Positions 48,601 to 62,100 of a stretch of 64,000 nucleotides of DNA are shown in pieces. Source of the stretch: the human T2T-CHM13v2.0 reference genome, Homo sapiens; assembly GCF_009914755.1 (NCBI RefSeq), contig NC_060945.1; one strand, given 5' to 3'. Every line of letters begins with the position of its first letter. The stretch's first letter is position 1. The translations under genes and the position numbers were made by a program. The notes under the pieces are model-generated. The model saw only the letters and a list, made by a program, of their open reading frames with translations, was not told the origin of the DNA and did not search any database.

Positions 48601-51600
48601 TGAGGCCTATTTTGGAAAAGGAAATATGCTCACATAAAAACTACACAGAAGCATTCTGAGAAACTTCTTTGTGACGTGTGCATTCAACTCAATGTCTTGA
48701 ACCTATCTTTTGATTGAGCAGTTTTGGATCTCTCTTTTTCTAGGATCTGCAAGTGGATATTTGGAGCCCTTTGCTGTGCATGGAGGCAAAGGAAACATCT
48801 TCAAATAAAAACTACACAGAAGCATTCTGAGAAACTTCTTTGTGATATGTGCATTCAACTCACAGAATTGAACTTATCTTTTGCTTGAGCCGTTTTGAAT
48901 GTCTCCTTTTGTAGAATCTGCAAGTGGATATTTGGAGCCCTTTGCAGCCAATTGAGAAAAAGGAAATATCTTTAAATAAAAACTACACAAAAGCATTCTG
49001 AGAAACTTCTTCGTGGTGTGTACATTCAACTCACAGAGTTGAACCTATCTTTTTATTGAGCAGTTTTGAATTTTGCTTTTTGTAGAATCTGCAAGTGGAT
49101 TTTTGAAGCCCTTTGCAGTCTATGGAGGAAAAGGAAATATCCTGAAATAAATACTACACAGAAGCATTCTGAGAAACTTCTTTGTGATGTGTCCATTCAT
49201 CTTATAGATTTGAACCTATCTTATGATTGAGCAGTTTTGAAACACTCTCTTTGTAGAATCTGCAAGTGGATACTTGGAGGGATTTCAAGCCTGTTGTGGA
49301 AAAGGAAATATCTTCACATAAAAACTGCACAGAAGCACTCTGAACAACTTCTTTGTGATGTGTGCATTCATCTCACAGAGATGAACCTTTCTTTTGATTG
49401 TGCAGTTTTGAAACACTTTTTTTGTAGAATCTGCTACTGGATGTTTGGAGCCCTTTGCAGCCTATATTGGAAAAGGAAATATCTTCAGATAGAAACTACA
49501 GAGAAACATTCTGAGAAACTTATTTGTGATGTGTGCATTCAACTCACAGAGTTGAACTTTTGTTTTGATTGAGAAGTTTTGAAACACTCTTTTTGTATAA
49601 ACTGCAAGTTGATATTTGGAGCCCTTTGCAGCATATGGTGAAACAGGAAATACCTTCACATAAAAACTACACAGCAGCATTCTGAGAAACTTCTCTGTGA
49701 TGTGTGCATTCATCTAACAGAGTTGAAACTTTCTTTTGTTTGAGCAGTTTTGAAACACTCCTTTTGTATAATCTGCAAGTGGATATTTGGAGCGCACTGA
49801 AGCCTGTTGTAGAAAAGGAAATATCTTCACATAAAAACTACACAGAATCATTCTGAGAAAATACTTTGTGATGTCTGCATTCAACTCAGAGAACTGAATG
49901 GATTTTTTGATTGAACAGTTTTGAAACTCTCTTTTTGTAGGATCTGGAAGTGGGTATGTGGAGCCGATTGTGTCCTATGGTGGAAAAGGAAATATGTTCA
50001 CATAAAACCTACACAGAAGCATTCTGAGAAACTTTGCTGTGATGTGTGCATTCATCTCAAATAGTTGAACATTTCTTTTGATTGAGCAGTTTGGAAACAC
50101 ACATTTTGTAGAATCTTCAAGTAGATATTTAGAGAGCTTTGAGGCCTCCAGTGGAAAAGGAATTATCTTCAATTAAAAACTACCCAGAAGGATTCTGAGA
50201 AACTTCTTTGTGATTTGTGCACTCATCTCACAGAGTTGAACATTTCTTATGATTGTGCAGTTTTGAAACCCTGTTTTTGTAGAATCAGCAAGTAGATATT
50301 TGGAGATATTTGAGGTCTATTGTGGAAAAGGAAATATCTTCACATAAACACTTCACAGAAGCATTCTGATAGACTCTTTTGTGATGCGTGCATTCAACTG
50401 ACAGAGTTGAACCTGTTTTCATTTAGCAGTTTTGAAACTTTCTTTTCGTAGAATCTGGAAGTGGGTATTTGAAGCCGTTTGTGTCCTATGGTGGAAAAGG
50501 AAATAACTTCACGTAAAAACTACACAGAAGCATTCTGAGAAACTTCTTTGTGATGGGTGCATTCTTCTCACAAGGTTGAAACTACGTTTTGATTGAGCAG
50601 TTTTGAATTTCTCTTTTTGTAGAATCTTAAAGGGAACATTTGGAGCCCTTTGCGGCCTATGGTGGAAAAGGAAATATCTTCCCATAAAAACTACACAGAA
50701 GCATTCTGAGAAAATTCTTTGTGATGTGTGCATTCATCTCACGGAGTTGAACCTTTCTTTTGATTGAGCAGATTGAAAAACTCTTTTTGAAGAATCTGCA
50801 AGTGGATATTTGGAGCCCTTTGCGGCCTATGGTGGAAAAGGAAGTATCTTCCCATAAAAACTACACAGAAGCATTCTGAGAAACTACATTGTGATGTGTG
50901 CATTCATCTCACAGAGTTGAGCCTATCTTTTCATTGAGCACTTTTGAATCTGTCCTTTTGTAGGACCTGCAAGTGTATATTTGGCGAACTCTGTGGCCTA
51001 TGGTGGAAAAGGAAATATCTTCCAAAAAAATACATAGAATCATTCTGAGAAAATTCTTTGTGATGTTAGCATTCATCTAACAGAGTTGAACATTTATTTT
51101 TATTGAGCAGTTAGGAAACACTTTTTTTGTAGAATCTGCAAATGGATATTCAGACCGCTTTGAGGCCTTTGGTGGAAAAGGAAATGTGTTCATTTAAAAA
51201 CCACACAGAAGCATTCTGAGAAACTTCTTTGTGATATGAGCATTCAAGTCACGTAGTTGAACAATTCTTTTGACAGAGGAGTTTTCAAACTTTCATTTTG
51301 TAGTATATGCAATTGGATATTTGGAGCACTTTGAGGCCTATTGAGGAAAAGGAAATAACTTTAAATAAAAACTACACAGAATCATTCTGATAAACTTCTT
51401 TGTGCTGTGTATATTCATCTCACAGGGTTGAAACTTTATTTTGATTGAGCAGATTTGAAACACTGGCTTTGTAGTATCTGCAAGTGGATATTTGGAGTGA
51501 TTTGAGGTCTATGGTGTAAAAGGAAATATCTTCACATAAAAACTACACAGAAGCGTTCTGAGAAACTTCTTTGTGATGTGTGCATTCAACTCACAGAGTT

Positions 51601-52661
51601 GAACTTATCTTTGGATTGAGCAGTTTTGAAACTTTCCTTTGTAGAATCTGCAAGTGGATATTTGGAGCCCGTTTTGGCTTGTGGTGTAAAAGGAAATATC
51701 TTCACATAAAAACTACACAGAAGCATTCTGAAAAATCTTCTTTGTGACGTGTGAATTCATCTCACAGTGTTGACCCTGTATTTTGATTGAGCAGTTTTAA
51801 ATCACTATTTTTGTAGAATCTGCAAGTGGATATTTGAAGCCGTTTGAGTCCTGTGTTGGACAAGGAAATATCTTCATATAAAAACTACACAGAAGCATTC
51901 TGAGAAACTTCCTTGTGATGTGTGCATTCATCTCACGGAGTTGAACTTTTCTTTTGATTCAGCTGTTTTGAAACACTTTTTTGGAGGATCTGCGAGTGGA
52001 CATTTGCAGCGATTTGAAGCCTATTTTGGAAAAGGAAATATCTTCACATGAAACCTACACAGAAGCATTCTGAAAAACTTTTTTGTGATGTGTGCATTCA
52101 TCTCACAGTGTTGAACCTTTCTTTTGATTGAGTACTTTTGGAACACTCTTTTTGCAGTTTCTGCAAGTGGAGATTTGGAGCGCTTTGAGGCCTATGGTGG
52201 ACAAGAAAATATATTCACATAAAATCTACACAGAAGCATTCTGAGAAACTTCTTTGCGAAGTGTGCATTCATCTTACAGAGTTTAACCTTTCTTTTGATT
52301 GAGAAATTTTGAAACACTCTTTTTGTAAAATCTGAAAGTGAATATTTGGATTGCTTTAAGTCCTATGGTGGAAAAGGAAATATCTTCACATAAAAACTAC
52401 ACAGAAGCATTCTGAGAAACTTCTTTGTAACATTTTCGTTCAACTCATTGTGGTGAAGATTTCTTTTAATTCAGCAGTTTTGAAACACACTTTTTGTAGA
52501 ATCTGCAAGTGAATATTTGGAGTGCTTTGAGGCCTATTGTGGAAAAGGAAATATCTTCATATAAAAACTACACAGAAGCACTCTGAGAAACTTGTCTGTG
52601 ATGAGTGCACTCAGCTCACAGAGTTGAAGGTATCTTTTGATTGAACAGTTTTGAAACTCTC
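39643..52661 (+). repeat. Alpha satellite, diverged and monomeric, about 76 monomers
   Basis: Same 171-bp unit, mainly of the ...ACTACACAGAAGCATT / GGATATTTGG type. Confidence 0.98.
47378..48080 (+). repeat. Near-identical tandem duplication of a 341-bp alpha satellite dimer
   Basis: CTGAGAAACATCTTTGTGATCTGTGCATTCAACTCTCAG occurs at 47461 and 47802. GCCTTAATATCACAG is repeated at the same offset. Confidence 0.92.
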
Positions 52662-53185
52662 TTATTTTTTTTTATTTTTTCTCCAGTTTTTTGTTTTGTT
52701 TATTATACTTTAAGTTTTAGAGTACATGGGCACAATATGTAGGTTAGTTACATATGTATACATGGGCCATGCTGGTGTGCTGCACCCATTAATTCATCAT
52801 TTAGCATTAAGTATATCTCCTAATGCTATTCCTGCACCTTCTGCCCACAACACAACAGTCCCCAGAGTGTGATATTCCCCTTGCTGTGTCCATGTTTTCT
52901 CATTGTTCAATTCCCACCTATGAGTGAGAAAATGGGGTTTTTGTTTTTTTGTCCTTGCGATAGTTTACTGAGAATGATGATTTCCAATTTCATCCATGTT
53001 CCTACAAAGGACATGAACTGATCAGTTTTTATGGCTGCATAGTATTCCATGGTGTATATGTGAAACATTTTCTTAATCCAGTCTACCACTGTTGGACATT
53101 TGGATTGCTTCCAAGTCTTTGCTACTGTGAATAGTGCCGCAATAAATATATGTCTGCATGTGTCTTTATAGCAGCATGATTTATA
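52662..53185 (-). mobile_element. 5'-truncated LINE-1 3' end (~520 bp, L1PA3-like)
   Basis: A degenerate poly-T is followed by TTATACTTTAAGTTTTAG. The reverse frame encodes the ORF2 C-terminus YKSCCYKDTC...KLEIIILSKLSQG...SLIGGN. Confidence 0.96.
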
Positions 53186-56100
53186 ATTTTGTAGAATCTG
53201 CAAGTGGATATTTGGAGCCCTTTGCAGCCTACGGTGGAAAAGGAAACATCTTCACACAAAAACTATACAGAAGCATTCTGAGAAACTTCTTTGTGATGTG
53301 TGCATTCATCTAACAGAGTTGAACCTTTGCTTTGATAGAGCAGTTTTGAAAAACTCTTTTTGTAGAAGCTGCAAGTGGATATTTGGAGTGCTTTGAGGCT
53401 TATTGTGGAAAAGGAAATATCTTCACATAAAAACTACACAGAAACATTCTGAGAAACTTATTTCAGATGTGTGCATTCCTCTCACAGAGTTGAACCATTC
53501 TTTTAATTGAGCAGTTTTGAAACCATCTTTTTGTAGAATCTGCAAGTGGATACTTGGAATGCTTTGAGGCCTATAGTGGCAAAGGAAATATCTTCACATA
53601 GAAACTACACAGTAGAATTCTGTGAAACTTCTTTGTGATGTGTGCATTCAACTCACAGATTAGAAACTTTCTTTTGATTGACCAGTTTGGAAACATTCTT
53701 TTTGTGGAAACTGCAAGTGGATATGTGGAGCCTTTTGCGGCCTAAGGTGGAAAAGGAAATATCTTCACATAAAAACTACACAGAAGCATTCTGACAAACT
53801 ATCTTGTCATGTGTGCATTCATCTGACAGAGTTGAAACTTTCTTTTGATTGAGCAGTTTTGCAAAACTCTTTTGTAGAATCTTCAAGTGGATCTTTGGAG
53901 AGCTTTGAGACCTATTGTGGAAAAGAAAATATCTTCACATAAAACTACACAGAAAGAGTCTGAGATACTTTTTGCAAAGTGTACATTCATTTCACCTTTC
54001 TTTTGATTGTGCAGTTTGGAAATACACTTTTAGTGCAATCTGCAAGCGGATATTTGCAGTGCTATGAGGCATATTGAGGAAAAGGAAATATCTTCCCATA
54101 AAAAAAATACCCAAAAGCATTCTGAGAAACTTATTTGTGATGTGTGCATTCACCTCACGGAGTTGACCCTATCTTTCGATAAGCAGTTTTGAAACTCTTT
54201 TTTTGGAATCTGCAGGTGGATATTTGGAGCGCTTTGAGGTCTATGGTATAAAAGGAAATATCTTCACATAAAAACCACACAGAAGCATTCAAAGAAACTT
54301 CTTTGTGATGTGTGCATTCAACTCACAGATTTGAACATATCTTTTTATTGAGGAGCTTTGAAAATCTCTTTCTGTAGAATCTGCAAGTGGATATTTAGAG
54401 CCCCTTGCTGCCTGTAGTGGAAAAAGAAATATCTTCACATAAAAACTACACGGAAGCATTCTGACAAAACCTCTTGGTGATGTGTGCATTCATCTCACAG
54501 AGTTCAACATTTCTTTTGATTGACCTGTTTAGAGACACAATTTATGTAGAACCTGCAAGTGGATATTTGGAGCCTTTTGAGTCCTGTGTTGGAAAAGGAA
54601 ATATCTTCACAGAAAAACTACACAGAAGCATTCTGAGAAAGTTCTGTGTGATTGTGCATTCATCTCACGGAGTTGAACCTTTCTTTTGATTGAGCAGTTT
54701 TGAAACACTCTTTTTTGTAGGAGCTGCAAGTGGATATTTGGAGTGCTTTGAGACCTATCATGGAAAAGGAAATATATTCACATGAAAACAACACAGAAAC
54801 ATTCTGACAGACTTCTTTGCGATGTGTGCTTTCATCTCACAGAGTTGAACTTTTCTTTTTATTGAGCAGTTTTCAAAAACTGTTTTTGTAGTATCTCTAA
54901 TTGGACATTGGGAGCGCATTGAGGACTATGGTGGAAAAGGATACATCTTCACATAAAATCTACACAGAAGCATTCTGAGAAATTTCTTTCTGATGTGTGC
55001 ATTCAAATCACAGATTTGAATCTATCTTTTGATTGCACTGTTTTCAAACTCTCTTTTTGTAGAATCTGCAAGTGGATATTTGGAGCCATTTGTGGCCTCT
55101 GGTGGAAAAGGAAATATCTTCACATAAAAACTACACAGAAACATTCTGAGAAACTTCATTTTCATGTGTGCATTCATCTCAGAGAGTTGAACTTTTCTTT
55201 TCACCAAGCAGCTTTGAAACAGTCTTTTTGTAGAATCTGCAAGCGGATATTTGGAGCCCCTTGAGGCCTACTGTGGAAAAGAAAATATCTTCACATAAAA
55301 ACAACACAGATGCATTCTGAGAAACTTCTTTGCAATGTGTGCATTCATCTCACAGAGATCAACTTTCTTTTGGTTGAGCAATTTTGAAACACACTTTTTG
55401 TAGAATCTGCAAGTAGATACTTGGAGTATGTTGAAAAGGAAATATGGTGGAAAAGGAAATATCTTCACATAAAGCTACACAGAAGCATTCTGAGAAACTT
55501 CTTTGTGACATGGTCGTTCAACACACTGTGGTGAACATTTCTTTTGATTGAGCAGTTTTGAAACCCACTATTTGTAGAATCTGCAAGTGGATATTTTTAG
55601 TGCTTAGAGACCTATTGTGGAAAAGGAAATGTCTTCACATAAAAACTACACAGAAGCATTCTGAGAAACTTCTTTGTGATTTGTGCATTCATCTCACAGA
55701 CTTGTAAATTTCATTGAGCAGTTTGGAAACACTCTTTTAGTAAAATCTACAAGTGGATACTTGGAGTGCTTTGAGGCCTATTGTAGAAATGGAAATATCT
55801 TCACATAAAAACTACACAGAAGCATTCTGAGAAACTTCTTTGAGATGTGTGCATTGAACTCAGAGTTGTACCTATCTTTTGATAGAAGAGTTTTTAAACT
55901 TTATGTAGAATCTGCAAGTGAATATTTGGAGCACTTTGTGGCCTATGGTGTAAAAGGAAATACCTTCACATAAAAACTACACAGAAGCTTTCTGAGAAAC
56001 TTCTTTGTGATGTGTGCATTCGTCTCAAAGAGACGAACCTTTAATTCGATTGAGCAGTTTTGAAACACTCTTTTTGTAGAATCTGCAAGTGAATATTTGG

Positions 56101-59100
56101 AACGCTTTGGAGAGAATGGTGGAAATGGAAATATCTTCATATAAAAACTATGGAGAAGCATTCTGAGAAACGTCTTTGTGATGTGTGCATCCAACTCACA
56201 GAGTTGAACCTTTCTTTTGATTGAGCAGTTTTGAATCCCTCTTTTTGTAGAATCTGCAAGTGGATATTTGGAGTGTTTTGGGGCCTATGGTAAAAAGGAA
56301 ATATCTGCACATTAAAACTATACAAAAGCACTCTGAGAAACTTCTATGTGATGTGTGCATACAATTCACAGTGTTGAATATTTCTTTTGATTGTGCAGTT
56401 TTGAAACACTCTTTTTGTAGAATCTGCAAGTAGATATTCGGAGGGCTTCACAGAGTATAGTGGAAAAGGAAATAACTTTGCATAAAAGCTACACAGAAGC
56501 ATTCTGATAAATTTCTTTCTGATGTGTGCATTCAACTCACAGAATTGAACCTTTCTTTTGATTGAGCAGTTTTGAAACACTATTTTTGTAAAATCTGCAA
56601 GTGTATATTTGGTGCAATTTGCATCCAATGGTGGAAAAGCAAATATCTTCACATAAAAACTAGACAGAAGCATTCTGAGAATCTTCTTTGTGACGTGTGC
56701 ATTCACCTCACAGAGTTGTAACTTTTTTTATTGAGGACTTTTGACACACTCTTTTTGTAGAATCTACAAGTGGGTGTTTGGAGCACTTTGTGGCCTATAG
56801 TGGAAAAGGATGTATATTCACATAAAAACTAGACAGAAGCATTCTGAAAAACATCTTTGTGATGTGTGCATTCATCTCAAAGAGTTCAACCTTTCTTTTG
56901 ATTGAGCACTTTTGAAATACTTTTTGGAGAATCTGTAAGTGGATATTTGGAGGGCTTTGGGTCCTATGGTGGTAAAGGAAACATCTTCACATAAAAACTA
57001 CACAGAAGCATTCTGAAATACCTCTTTGTGATGCTTGCATTCATCTCACATAGTTGAACCATTCTTTTTATTGAGCAGTTTTGAAACAATCTCCTTGTAG
57101 AATGTGCAAGTGGATATTTGGAATGCTTTGATGAGTATGGTGGAAAATGAAAAATCTTCACATAAAAACTAGACAGAATTACTCTGAGAAACTTCTTTGT
57201 GATGTGCACATTCATCTCACAAATTTGAAAATTTCTTTTGATTGAGCAGTTTTGAAACGCTCTTTTTCTAGAATCTGCCAGTGGTTATTTGGAGTGCTTT
57301 GAGTCCTATGGTGGAGAAGGAAATATCCTCACATAAAAACTAGAGAGAAGCATTCTCAGAAACTTCTTTGTGATGTGTGCATACATCTCACAGAGTTGAA
57401 ACTTTCTATTGATTTAGCATTTTTTATACACTTTTTGAAGGATCTGCAGTTGTTATTTGGAGCCCTTTGGGGCCAATGGTGGAAAAGTATTATCTTCTCA
57501 TAAAAACTAGACAGAAGCATTTTGAGAAACTTCTCTGTGATGTGTTCATTCATCTCACAGATTTGAACCATTCTTTTGATTCAGCAGTTTTGAAACACTC
57601 TTCGTAGAATCTGCAAGTGCATATTTAGATCGCTTTGAGAAGTGTGGTGGAAAAGGAAATATCTTCACATAAACACTAGACAGAAGCATTCTGAGAAACG
57701 TCTTTGTGATGTGTCCATTCATTTCACAGAGTTGAAACTTTCTTTTCATTGAGCAGTTTTGAAACACTCTTTTTATAGAATCTGCAAGTGGATATTTGGA
57801 GCGCTTTGGAGGAATTGTGGAAATGGAAATATCTTCATATAAAAACTACGGACAAGCATTCTGAGAAACGGCATTGTTATGTGAGCCTTCAGCTCACAGA
57901 GTTGAACCTTTCTTTTGATTGAGCAGTTTTGAATCCCTCTTTTTGTATAATCTGCAAGTGGATATTTGGAGAGCTTTAGGGCCTATGGTGGAAAAGGAAA
58001 TATCTTCACATAAAAACTACACAAAAGCATTCTGAGAAACTTCTTTCTGATGTGTGCATACAACTCCCAGAGTTGAATCTTTCTTTTGATTGTGCAATTT
58101 TGAAACACTTCTTTTGTAGAATCTGCAAGTGGATATTCGGAGGGCTTTGCCGAGTATAGTGGAAAAGGAAATAACTTTGGATAAAAGGTAGACAGAAGCA
58201 TTCTGAGAAACTTCTTTGTGATGTGTACATTCAACGTACAGAGTTGAACCTTTCTTTAGATTGGGCAGTTTTCAAACACTATTTTTGTAATATCTGCAAG
58301 TGGATATTTGGTGACCATTGCAGCCTATGGTGGAAAGGCAAATATCTTCACATAAAAACTATACAGAGGCATTCTGAGAATCTTCTTTGTGATGTGTGCA
58401 TTCTTCTCACACAGTTCAACTTTTCTTTTGATTCAGCAGTTTGGAAACAGTATTTTTCTACAATCTGCAAAGGGATACTTCTTAGCCGATTTAGGCCTAT
58501 GGTGAATTAGGAAATATCTTCACATAAAAAATAAACAGAAGCTTTCTGAGAAACTTCTTTGGGATGTGTGTTTTCATCTCACAGAGATGAAACTTTCTTT
58601 TGATTGAGCAGTTTCGAAACTCTCTTTTTGTAGGATCTGCAAATGGATATTTGGAGCGCTTTGAGGCCTGTGGTGAAAAAGGAAATATCTTCACATAACA
58701 ACCAGACAGAAGCATTCTGGAAACATTTTTGTGATGTGTGCATTCATCTCACAGAGTTGAACCTTTCTTTTGATTGAGCAGTTTGGAAACAGTCTTTTAT
58801 AGTATCTGCAGAGAGATATTTGTGAGCATTTTGAGGACTTTTGTGAGAAAGGAAATATCTTCATATAAAACCTAGTCAGAAGATTCTGAGAAACTTCTTT
58901 GTGATGTGTGCATTCAACTGATAGAGTTGAAACTTTGTTTTGATTGAGCAGTTTGTAAACAGTCCTTTTGTAGGATCTGCAAAGGGATAGTTCTGGGCCC
59001 ATTGAGACCTATGGTGAAAGAAGAAATATCTTCACTTAAAAACTAGACAGAAGCATTCTGAGAAACTTCTTAGTGATGTGTGCTTTCATCTCACAGGTTT

Positions 59101-62100
59101 GAACTTTCTTTTGATTGAGCAGTTTGGAAACAGTGTTTTTGTAGAATCTGCAAAGGATATTTTGAGCACTTTGACGCCTATGGTGAAAAAGGACATATCT
59201 TCACATGAAATCTAAACAGAAGCTTTCTGAGAAACTTCTTTTTTATGAGTTCATACATCTCACAGAGGTGAAACTTTCTTTTCATTGAGCAGTTTGGAAA
59301 CAGTCTTTTTGTACAGTCTGCAAACAAAATTTCTGCGAAGTTGGAGGCCTATCGTGAAAAAGAAATATCTTCAGATAAAATGTAGACAGAAGTATTCTGA
59401 GAAAATTTTTTGTGATGTATCTATTCATCTCACAGATTTGAATTTTTCTTTTGATGGAGCAGTCTGGAAACAGTCTTTTTGTAGTATCTGCAGAGGGATG
59501 TGTGAAAGCAGTTTAAGGCCTGTGGTGAAAAAGGAAATATCTTCACATAAAAACTAGGTAGAAGCATTCTAAGAAACTTCTTTGTATTGTTTGCATTCAT
59601 CTCAAAGACTTGAACCTGTCTTTGGACTGAGCAGTTTGGAAACTGTCGTTTTGTAGAATCTGTGAAGGGATATTTCTGAGCCCATTGAGGCCTATGGATG
59701 AAATAGGAAATATCTTCACATAAAAACAAGACAGAGGATTTCTGAGAAACTTCTTTGTGATATGTGGTTTCATCTCACAGAGTTGAACCATTCTTTTGGT
59801 TGAGCAGTTAGGAAACAGTATTTTTGTGGGATCTGCAAAGGGATATTTCTGTTCCCATTGACGCCTATGGTGAAAAAGGACATATTTTCACATAAAAAGT
59901 AGACAGAAGCTTTCTGATAAACTTCTTAGTGATGTGTGCTTTCATGTCACAGATTTGAAACTTTCTTTTGATTGAGCAGTTTGGAAACAGTCTTTTTGTA
60001 GAATCTGCAAATGGATATTTGGAGTGCTTTGAGGCCTATGGTGAAAAAGGAAATACCTTCACATGAAATATAAACAGAAGCTTTCTGAGAAACTTCTTTT
60101 TGATGCGTGCATACATCTCACAGAGTTGAACGTTTCTTTTTATTGAGCAGTTTGGAAACAGTCTTTTTGTACAATCTGGAATGGGATATTTCTGAGAATT
60201 TGGAGGCCTATATCGAAAAAGAAATATCTTCACATAAAAACTAGACAGAAGTATTCTGAGAAACTTCTTTGAGATGTATCCTTTCATCTCACAGAGTTGA
60301 ACCTTACTTTTGATGGAGCAGTTTGGAGACAGTCTTTTTGTAGTATCTGCGGAGGGATATCTGAGAGCAGTTTAAGGCCTGTGGTGAAAAAGGAAATATC
60401 TTCACATAAAAACTAGGCAGAAGCATTCTGAGAAACTTCTTTGTGATGTATGCATTCAACTCAAAGAGGTGAAACTTTCTTTGGATTGAGCAGTTTGGAA
60501 ATAGTCCTTTTGCAGAATCTGCAAAGGGATATTTCTCAGTCTATTGAGGCCTATGGTGAAATAGGAAATAACTTCTCATAAAAACCAGGCAGAAGGTTTC
60601 TGAGAAACTTCTTTGAGATATGTGCTTTCATCTCACAGAGCTGAACCTTTCTTTTGGCTCAGAAGTTTGGAAACAGTCTTTGTGTAGAATCTGCAAAGCG
60701 CTATTTTTGAGCACCTTCTGGACTGTGGTGAAACAGAAAATATCTTCACATAAAAACTAGACAGAAGCTTTCTGAGAAACTTCTTTATGATGTGTTCTTT
60801 CATCTCACAGAGTTGTAACTTTCCTTTGATTGAGCAGTTTGGAAACACTCTTTATGGGGAATCTGCAAGTGGATATTTGGAGTCCTTTGTGGCCTATAGT
60901 GGAAAACGAAATATCTTCACATAAAAACTAGACAGAATCATTCTGAGAAACTTCTTTGTGATGTGCACATTCATCACAAAGAGTTGAACATTTCTTTCGA
61001 TTCAGCAGTTTGGAAACAGTCCTTTCGTAGAATCTGTGAAGGGATATTTCTCAGCCCATTGACGCCTATGGATGAAATAGGAAACATTCTCACATAAAAA
61101 CTAGACAGAAAATTTCTGAGAAACTTCCTTATGATATGTGGTTTCATCTCACAGAGTTGAACCATTCTTTTGGTTGAGCAGTTTGGAAACACATTTTTTG
61201 TAGAATCTGCAAGTGGATATTTGGAGCACATTGAGGCCTATGGTGGAAAACGGAATATTTTCACATAAAAATTAGACAGAAGCATTCTGAGAAACTACTT
61301 TGTGATGTGTGCATTCAACCCACAGAGTTCAACCTTTCTTTTGATTCAGCAGTTTTGAAACACTCTTTTTGTAAAATCTGACAGTGGATTTTTGGAGCGC
61401 TTTGAGGCCTACAGTGGAAAAGGAAATATCTTCACATAAATAGTACACAGAAGCATTCTGAGAAACTTCTTTGTGATGTGTGCATTTAACTCAAAGAGTG
61501 CAGTCCTTCTTTAGATTGAGCAGTTTTGAAAGACTCCTTTTGCAGAATCTGCAAGTGGATGTTTGGAGCGCTATGTGGCCTTAAGTGGAAAAGGCAATAT
61601 CTTCACATAAAAACTAGACAACAGCATTCTGAGAAACTTCTTTGTCATGTGTGCATTCATCTCACAGAGTTGAAGCTTTCTTTTGATTGAGCAGTTTTGA
61701 AACACTCTTTTTGTAGAATCTCCAATTGGATACTTGGAGCGTTTTGAGGCTTATGGTAGAAAAGTAAATATTTTCACGTGAAAACTACACAGAAGCATTC
61801 TGAGAAATTGGTTTGTGATGTGTGCATTCAACACACAGAGTTGAACCTTTCTTTTGATTGAGTAGTTTTGAAACACACTTTTTTTTAGGATCTGCAAGTG
61901 GATATTTGGAGTGCTTTGTGGCCTAATGAGGAAAAGGATATATTTTCACATAAAAACTACGGAGAAGCATTCTGAGAAACTTCTTTGTGATGTGTGCATT
62001 CATCTCACAGAGTTCAACCTTTCTTTTGATTGAGCAGTTTTCAACCACTCTTTTTGTAGAGTGTGCAAGTGGATATTTGGAGCACTTTGAGGCTTATGGT

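Noticed and set aside
52907-53203. Satellite-L1 fusion ORF MQILQNYKSCCYKDTC...
   Set aside because: It is a chance in-frame junction of a satellite TTG with the truncated ORF2 tail, with no promoter or ATG.
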